Both the position numbers and the translations under genes were made by a program. A stretch of 64,000 bases of DNA from an uncultured Nitrososphaerota archaeon. Its GTDB lineage: Archaea; Thermoproteota; Nitrososphaeria; Nitrososphaerales; CADDZS01. The stretch spans positions 96,001 through 160,000 of the forward strand of contig CAWCYI010000006.1 of NCBI GenBank assembly GCA_963799845.1. The letters run 5' to 3'. The notes under the pieces are model-generated. The model was not told the DNA's origin and searched no databases. It saw only the letters and a list, made by a program, of their open reading frames with translations. How positions within the stretch are numbered: position 1 is the stretch's first letter; every line of letters begins with the position of its first letter. Below are positions 58,035 to 64,000 of the stretch, in pieces.

Positions 58035-59078
58035 TTGGGCCAGCTCACTCCGGAAGTTCGTGAAAAAATTCGAGAATCCTACAACAGGACTCTGAGTTAT
58101 AAGAAGACGAGCGTTGAGACAGGCGTAGACTGGAGGAAAGTCAAGAAGGTCGTTATCGCACCGCCGAACGAAGAATCCAAAACCCCAAAAAGCGTTCAAA
58201 ATCGGGCGTATTCACTGTACGCAAGGGGTAACTCACCCGTTGATGTGGCTAACGATCTTTCTATAAGTGCAGACGAAGCGCTTGGTTATCATCTTGAGTA
58301 TCTGAAACTCATTGGAAAAGGTGAACTTGCGAAGTCCCTCGCAAGGCTCGATACGCAAGAAACGAGAGCGATCTTATCACTGCAAAGTGAATTGGAAAAA
58401 CTTCGATTAAGCCCTTCAAAATTCGCGTTTATGCTTAATCTCACGGAGAAGCTCAAGAACGTCGAAGCTAGAACCAGAAATCAAGATGAAATACTTTCCT
58501 CAAGAAGATCTGAGGTACGGGCGATAAACGACCAGTTCCAGAAGACCAGCGTAACTCTTGCCTCAGCCCAGAGAGAGTTATCAAAAGTAACTTCCGAAAA
58601 AGTTTGTTTGAATGGGGAAATTACTAATCTTGAGTCCCAGAGGAATCAGATCTTAGCGGAGATACGAGCCGCGAAGAGCGATACTTCACTCGCAAAGTTC
58701 AAGGAACTCGCCGAGCAGGAGGCCAGGCGAGTGCTAGACGGAGTTAATCGACGTCGGATGATCGCAATCGCGGTTTCTTGCATGATTGATGCTCTCAGAT
58801 ACGACAGGAAAACACGAATCATGTTAGAACTAGGAGCGTCGAGCGAAAATGAAGCAACTAGGCTTTATGGAGACAGTCTTACCAACATAGTCGAGAGGTC
58901 ATTTGACGCTGAAGCCAAGAGGTTCACATCTCAGGTGATTTCGCAAATGGCGAACTCATCCAATGTTCTTCAAGCAGCCCAGCCGATAACATCATTTCAA
59001 CGCATTCCTTTCGCTGTATCGATCTTCGAAGAAGCTCGGTCAAGCAAAACGACAATCAATGAGCTTGCTCTGCATTAG
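58035..59078 (+). CDS. HTH + coiled-coil protein (element-borne)
   Basis: Two N-terminal HTH-like segments (SYKKTSVETGVDWRKVKK; AYSLYARGNSPVDVANDL) followed by heptad repeats. Confidence 0.75.
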   Translation: MGQLTPEVREKIRESYNRTLSYKKTSVETGVDWRKVKKVVIAPPNEESKTPKSVQNRAYSLYARGNSPVDVANDLSISADEALGYHLEYLKLIGKGELAKSLARLDTQETRAILSLQSELEKLRLSPSKFAFMLNLTEKLKNVEARTRNQDEILSSRRSEVRAINDQFQKTSVTLASAQRELSKVTSEKVCLNGEITNLESQRNQILAEIRAAKSDTSLAKFKELAEQEARRVLDGVNRRRMIAIAVSCMIDALRYDRKTRIMLELGASSENEATRLYGDSLTNIVERSFDAEAKRFTSQVISQMANSSNVLQAAQPITSFQRIPFAVSIFEEARSSKTTINELALH

Positions 59079-59832
59079 AGGATCGAGGCCGTGATTCCTC
59101 TTCCATCTGATCAAATTCTCGTCTGAGAATCTTCGGGAGCGGGGGCGGCGGGCCAAGCATTTGGTTTTGTCTCCTCTCGGGTTGAGTCAAGACTTTTATC
59201 ATAATGTCACGTCCGTCAGGAATTTCCAATAATTCGTAGAGTGAATTCTCAACGAATTCCTCAATCATTCTGCCTGGAGTTCCGTCAGGAGACAATGCTC
59301 CATCGAACTTTCGATATAGTCCTCGATATTGCCGAAAGTGTTCCGCTACATCACTTTGCCTTAGTCTTCGAGCCAACCAATTCCAAATTGGTGCAAGTCC
59401 CTCTTTACCTGAAGGGCTCAGAACATCTGGATTGAGGTAACCTTTCCTGATCATCTCCCCGATCCCGTCGATTATCCAGCATCTCAAAAATTTTGAAAAA
59501 GCCGTGTCATCGGAATCTTTGAGAATCTCGGAGCAGAAATCGAAGAAAGTATTTGATTCCCTATTTATCCTAAAATTGATACTTGGATCCACGAGTATCG
59601 CGATCAGTGATCCTTTGAAGGTCAGGTCAAAAATAGGAATCGTTTTCTTGTTCTTGTTTTTGCTTGGTCTCGAACCGCACATTCTCAGATATCCATCATG
59701 TACCAACCTATTCACTCGTTTGCTTACAACTTTCTGGGAAATGTCACGCAATTCGGGTTCTAAAGATGAATTGATTTTCTTTTTGAGTTTAGATTTGGAC
59801 ATCTTCCCATGTCTTGCAAACATTCTGAACAC
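59056..59832 (-). CDS. winged-HTH domain protein
   Basis: V.KRVNRLV..GYL...IPIFDLTFKG pattern. Confidence 0.7.
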   Translation of the reverse strand: MFRMFARHGKMSKSKLKKKINSSLEPELRDISQKVVSKRVNRLVHDGYLRMCGSRPSKNKNKKTIPIFDLTFKGSLIAILVDPSINFRINRESNTFFDFCSEILKDSDDTAFSKFLRCWIIDGIGEMIRKGYLNPDVLSPSGKEGLAPIWNWLARRLRQSDVAEHFRQYRGLYRKFDGALSPDGTPGRMIEEFVENSLYELLEIPDGRDIMIKVLTQPERRQNQMLGPPPPLPKILRREFDQMEEESRPRSSNAEQAH

Positions 59833-60289
59833 CCGCAGATTCAGCGGCCTAGCTTTACCTCTAAGGGCAAGCTAAGCTCTTTGTCTCGCTGTTGTTGCGC
59901 AATAGTAGACATGAGGTTACCTTTCGTCTAATTTCGAACTAATAAGCAATCAGTGTCTAACTGATTCATCATATGAACAACACCGTTTTCGCAAGAATGA
60001 AACAAGAACACGCACAACTTGTTAGAGAGGTCTGCGATAACCGCGGAGAAGATGTCTCCGACTTCATTCGAAGGGCAGTACTGAAGGAGCTGGCATCCCT
60101 TTCCTACCTCAGTGAGGCGGAGAAAAAGTCGCTCGGAATGCGGGAATAGAGGTTTTAGACTAAGTGTCAACTTTCCAAATTTCAAGGAAATCGGACATCA
60201 TGAACCCCAGGAGCGATACATCTTGACAGATTCAATCTTGAAACTCTGCCGAGAGGGAATTTGTGCTATTGAAAAAACACGTGTGAGGC

Positions 60290-60703
60290 TTGCGACTCTC
60301 GATCGCGAAGCCTCCAGTAAACTCTCTGCCAGCGATGGAAGTGAATTTGAACATGAAAGCGCCGACCCTATCTAAAAACAGTCTAGTTCGCTCGACTATC
60401 CCCGGGATCGAAGCATTGGAGCCGGGCAAATTTCTCTGCAAATGTCACGCAAAACCTCGAGAATTTTCGACTTTCGAGGGGCTTTTCCTTCATACAACTC
60501 GAACACGAAACGGGAGATTTCCCAAGAATTACGGGGCGAGTCAAGGGCATGTTTTGGGTAATCTAGACGACTCTGGAAACGAAATCGACGAGCTCTTCCT
60601 TCATAACAAACGAATGTACAACCGGTTGAAAAAAGGATCAAAGGTACAACCCGGGACGAAGATCTCGGATGAAATTTCGGAATCTGGGGAATGGTGGAAT
60701 TGA
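60290..60703 (+). CDS. hypothetical protein with C2H2-like motif
   Basis: FLCKCH...F.T..GL..H; overlaps the primpol start; start uncertain. Confidence 0.5.
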   Translation: MRLSIAKPPVNSLPAMEVNLNMKAPTLSKNSLVRSTIPGIEALEPGKFLCKCHAKPREFSTFEGLFLHTTRTRNGRFPKNYGASQGHVLGNLDDSGNEIDELFLHNKRMYNRLKKGSKVQPGTKISDEISESGEWWN

Positions 60704-61590
60704 ACCGGATCGAACCATTTACCAAATTATATCGCGATCTTGGCTTCAATATCATCCCACTGAAGCCGAAAACGAAAGAGCCCGCTATTCAATCATGGAA
60801 AGAGTATCAAACTCGGAGAGCTACTTCTGAAGAGATTAACAAATGGTGGCTGGAAGGAGCCGAGAATCCTAACAATCTTGCCATAATCACCGGGGAGATT
60901 TCGGGAGACTTAGCGGTCTTGGATTTTGATTCCACAGCCGCTTACGAGAATGCTCTCACCAAACAAGAAAGAGAGAGAGTCGAAGACAGTACGATAGTTG
61001 TCTCGACTGGTAAGGGTTATCATGTATATTTCACTTCAAGTGAACTGGAACGGAATCAAGCCTATCAAACTCCTTTCGGTCACGTTGATGTGAGGGGTGA
61101 AGGCGGTTATGTTGCCGCAGCGCCTTCAATTCATCCAACTGGCAGAGCCTATACTATCATAAGCAAGACAACCCAGATGTGGAAAGTGAACTTCAAACTT
61201 GTAATTCAAGATGTCCTAAATAATCTTGGTCATACTGGAAGAATTACAACTCTTCCAATCTTGGATTACTCCGATCTTTTCCTTCTCGCACTGAAGAAGG
61301 ATGAAGAGCTAAAGGATCTCTTCGAGGGACGTTGGACGAACTGGATTAAGAAAACCCGAAGCGAAGCAGAGTTCAGACTTATCAAGAAACTTGTCCTTTT
61401 TGGATTCTCAGACGACGCGATAAGATCCTTTATGCCTTCCTGCCAAATTGGAAAGTGGCAAGAAGAGGGTGGACCTTACCAGAGATTGACATTAGAAAAA
61501 GCACGAAGGCAATTCATACAATCGAAAACAAGAACGATGAAACCTAGAAGGCTGAATCATCCGTACCAACTAAAGCCAGGAGTTGTATAA
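60691..61590 (+). CDS. bifunctional DNA primase/polymerase (Prim-Pol)
   Basis: IIPL....K.P...WK.YQ, N.AI.TG..SG...VLDFD, TGKGYHVYF and DVRGEGGYV.A.PS.H motifs; C-terminal RSE helical domain. Confidence 0.93.
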   Translation: MVELNRIEPFTKLYRDLGFNIIPLKPKTKEPAIQSWKEYQTRRATSEEINKWWLEGAENPNNLAIITGEISGDLAVLDFDSTAAYENALTKQERERVEDSTIVVSTGKGYHVYFTSSELERNQAYQTPFGHVDVRGEGGYVAAAPSIHPTGRAYTIISKTTQMWKVNFKLVIQDVLNNLGHTGRITTLPILDYSDLFLLALKKDEELKDLFEGRWTNWIKKTRSEAEFRLIKKLVLFGFSDDAIRSFMPSCQIGKWQEEGGPYQRLTLEKARRQFIQSKTRTMKPRRLNHPYQLKPGVV

Positions 61591-61593
61591 ATC

Positions 61594-63006
61594 ATGGAAG
61601 AACCTTCACAAACACCTAGGGATCAAGAAAAGATTCCGACACTTTCAGAAGAAAGAGAATCCTTGATTTCGAAAGTTTTGAAGGACTTACCATTAGTTTG
61701 TCTCGCTGACACCGAGGAATTAACGCTTTATCGAAGAGGAGTTTATGTCCTGGGAGGAGAACAGAAGCTTAAGGGATATTTGGAAAGAACCGTTCAAGAT
61801 TGCAGCACTCGCAAAGTAAATGATATTCTGGACAGTGTGAAGCGCCGTACTTACGTCGATCGTGAAGAATTCGACAAGTACCCGACAATTCTAAACTTGA
61901 AAAATTGTCTCTACGATTTAGAGAACGATCGAGCCCTAGAACACGATCCAAAACACTATTCTTTCGTTCAACTTCCAGCTATTTACAAAGAAGGCGTCGA
62001 TTGTCCAAAGATCAAGAAATTCCTTTCCGAAGTTCTCTACGAAGAGGATATACCACTAATTCAAGAATTTTTTGGATTCATCCTTTGGAAAGAGTACCCA
62101 TCAGCAAAAGCGTTAATGTTTGTCGGCGAGGGCTCAAACGGAAAATCCACCCTTCTCAATCTGATTAAAGCGTTAGTCGGAATCGGAAATACATCAGCCC
62201 GAGGTTTGCAAGAGTTAGAAACCAACCGATTCGCAAAAGCTGACCTGTACGCGAAACTTACGAATCTCTACGCAGACTTGCCCGACGTCGCGTTGAAATC
62301 TGGTGGTACCTTCAAGATGCTAACTGGCGGCGATCAGATTACAGCCGAAAAGAAATTCCAACATTCATTCAATTTCATCAACTGTGCAAAACTACTTTTC
62401 AGTACAAACAAGATCCCAGAAGTAAACGACGATACTGATTCGTTTTTTCGGCGCTGGTTCTTGATCACCTTCCCAAATACGTTCGACGGAAAAACAGCCA
62501 ATAAGAAACTAATCAAGGAGTTAACTACTGAGGACGAGATTTCAGGGCTCCTAAATTGGGCTCTTGAAGGGTTAAGACGTTTACGAAAGAATGACTGGAA
62601 TTTCTCGAATTCTAAGAGTACTGATGAAGTTCGACTTGAATACATTCGAAAATCTTCACCGATCAAGGCGTTTCTTCTGGATTGCACACTTGCCGAAAGC
62701 GAAGGCTGGGCACCTAAACAAAGGCTGTTTGATGCCTTCTGTGAGTATTGCAGACAAGAAAAACTTCCGATAGTGGGGCGGGATTCATTCTTCAAGAAAT
62801 TACCCGAATTCCAGCATGTAGAATCTCAACGTCCGGAAATTAATGGGACTCGGACGCCATGTTTCATAGGCATATCACTCCGACTTAATCAGAACTGGAA
62901 AACACTGGCCAAGGAAGGAGAAACCCCTGAAACCGAGGAAAATTGGACTAAACTGGAAAAAGCCCTTGACAGACCTGACAGCCCTGCCACGATGGACGGA
63001 TATTGA
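61594..63006 (+). CDS. superfamily 3 helicase (P4/D5-like ATPase)
   Basis: D5_N-like LNLKN..YDL, GEGSNGKST, FK.LTGGD.I.AE.K, FSTNK.P and FFRRW motifs. Confidence 0.93.
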   Translation: MEEPSQTPRDQEKIPTLSEERESLISKVLKDLPLVCLADTEELTLYRRGVYVLGGEQKLKGYLERTVQDCSTRKVNDILDSVKRRTYVDREEFDKYPTILNLKNCLYDLENDRALEHDPKHYSFVQLPAIYKEGVDCPKIKKFLSEVLYEEDIPLIQEFFGFILWKEYPSAKALMFVGEGSNGKSTLLNLIKALVGIGNTSARGLQELETNRFAKADLYAKLTNLYADLPDVALKSGGTFKMLTGGDQITAEKKFQHSFNFINCAKLLFSTNKIPEVNDDTDSFFRRWFLITFPNTFDGKTANKKLIKELTTEDEISGLLNWALEGLRRLRKNDWNFSNSKSTDEVRLEYIRKSSPIKAFLLDCTLAESEGWAPKQRLFDAFCEYCRQEKLPIVGRDSFFKKLPEFQHVESQRPEINGTRTPCFIGISLRLNQNWKTLAKEGETPETEENWTKLEKALDRPDSPATMDGY

Positions 63007-63177
63007 TTTTGGCAAGGGTGACAGACGTGTCAAGGGTTATTCTAACTTTAAGCAAAATATTGAGGGATTCTTGAATGAACCCAGAGCCTATAGCGTGTTT
63101 TATGAGTGGTTCTATTCTAAGCGCGATTAGCGGAGAATATTCTTTCTCTAATGAAGATAATGTATTCTTCTGTGCTT

Positions 63178-63501
63178 TTAGTGAAGACTCTTCGAGCCTA
63201 AAGCCTTGTTCAGAGGATTTCGTTTCTTTGTTCGTAGCATTCCGATATATGGAGGGGCATCCTTTGTTGGCCGTATTGTAAACCTAAGAGTTGTGATTTT
63301 CTGCCTTTGATATTTCCCTGTTGCGTCAGCAACGATGAGCTTGATTCCGCCTCCGGCTTCCTTAATCTCGGTCACCGCTAAAGAAAACTCAACTGGGCCG
63401 ACTTCTGATCGACTTTGCTCAGCGGCATGAAATATGTCTTCAAGAGATTTTTCAATAAAAGAATAAAGTTCCGACTTGTCGGCTCCCTTCAACTGTTTCA
63501 T
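63178..63501 (-). CDS. Trypco2-like (trypsin co-occurring) domain protein
   Basis: EL..FI...L..I, VEF.LAV......GGIKL.V....G......T.LRFTI.P pattern. Confidence 0.65.
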   Translation of the reverse strand: MKQLKGADKSELYSFIEKSLEDIFHAAEQSRSEVGPVEFSLAVTEIKEAGGGIKLIVADATGKYQRQKITTLRFTIRPTKDAPPYIGMLRTKKRNPLNKALGSKSLH

Positions 63502-63983
63502 TTGAGATTCGCTGAAGAGCCTCGATTTTGTCGAGAAAAAGGTTTGCTTGCTGGTTCAAAAGTCACCTTCAATTTGCTCTCTTGAAAAGTGATATCATAC
63601 ATTTCGAAGAAAGGCTTCCTGCCAAGTAAGGGGAAGTTCAAATTCGTATCTTCTTCTGCCTCTGGTTCATTACGTTCAGGTAATTTTTCCGGCACAGAAA
63701 CAGGGACTGAACCGAGGGGAATCTCCTTCTTGTTTAAGATTAGCCAAATTTCCACCGCTGAGGTTCTGACATGAAAAAGCCCAGAGGCTGCCACGTTTGG
63801 CTTTGTCTCTTCCGAAAGTTTCATTTCGAGAACCTCTGCAACATCAAAAGGAATAAGAGAAATATCGGCGCCTGAGTCTAACAACATAACCGTTCTAAAG
63901 GTATGAGTTCCATTCTGCAGACGAACAGGCAACCGCGGTCGAAAAATCGGATCTCCTTGAATTAGATCCCGAGTATAATCCAC
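63498..63983 (-). CDS. retropepsin-like aspartic protease
   Basis: RP..PV.L, LLDSGAD.S.IP..VA..L and LLGR..F motifs. Confidence 0.85.
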   Translation of the reverse strand: MDYTRDLIQGDPIFRPRLPVRLQNGTHTFRTVMLLDSGADISLIPFDVAEVLEMKLSEETKPNVAASGLFHVRTSAVEIWLILNKKEIPLGSVPVSVPEKLPERNEPEAEEDTNLNFPLLGRKPFFEMYDITFQESKLKVTFEPASKPFSRQNRGSSANLK

Positions 63984-64000
63984 TGTAAAGGCAAGAGTTC

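Larger units (their letters stand above)
49900..64000. mobile_element. integrated plasmid/provirus-like element (left boundary approximate; continues past window)
   Basis: Tyrosine integrase at the left edge, primpol + SF3 helicase module, HTH regulators, IS66 and gene fragments; housekeeping synteny stops at rps6e. No att site identified. Confidence 0.75.

Overview
Archaeal chromosome segment. Gene content and order suggest Nitrososphaeria/Thaumarchaeota, which is an inference. Housekeeping blocks: serS, KEOPS genes and uS15; a non-oxidative pentose-phosphate operon; rfcL, DGGGP synthase and endA; F420 genes cofEDC; a sugar-nucleotide cluster; a 2-oxoacid:ferredoxin oxidoreductase; and the eS6-eIF2gamma-rpoE-eS24-eS31 cluster. 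Main observations: (1) A ~5.6 kb AT-rich mobile element (16007-21566) with ~108-bp terminal inverted repeats ending in C/G homopolymers. It is inserted into, and duplicates, the TTTATAAA TATA box of mtnA. It encodes a divergent IS481/rve-like integrase and a tightly coupled operon of 10 small ORFs, one of them an unannotated ATA-started ORF with AEP primase-like motifs. An IS3-family element is nested inside it. (2) A 44-nt insertion with bulge-helix-bulge geometry in the conserved THCNAG motif of mtnA, a candidate archaeal mRNA intron. (3) A tRNA-Arg(TCG) overlapping the mtnA stop, with three non-canonical introns, one nested inside another. (4) A candidate C/D-box sRNA and a miniature Pop5-like gene. 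(5) From ~49.9 kb to the window end, an integrated plasmid/provirus-like element with a tyrosine integrase, primase-polymerase, SF3 helicase, secreted-protein cargo, an IS66 copy and a Trypco2-like + retropepsin pair. Single-base frameshifts in essential genes (rpoE', eS6) indicate indel errors in the assembly. All family assignments come from motif recognition by eye; no searches were run.
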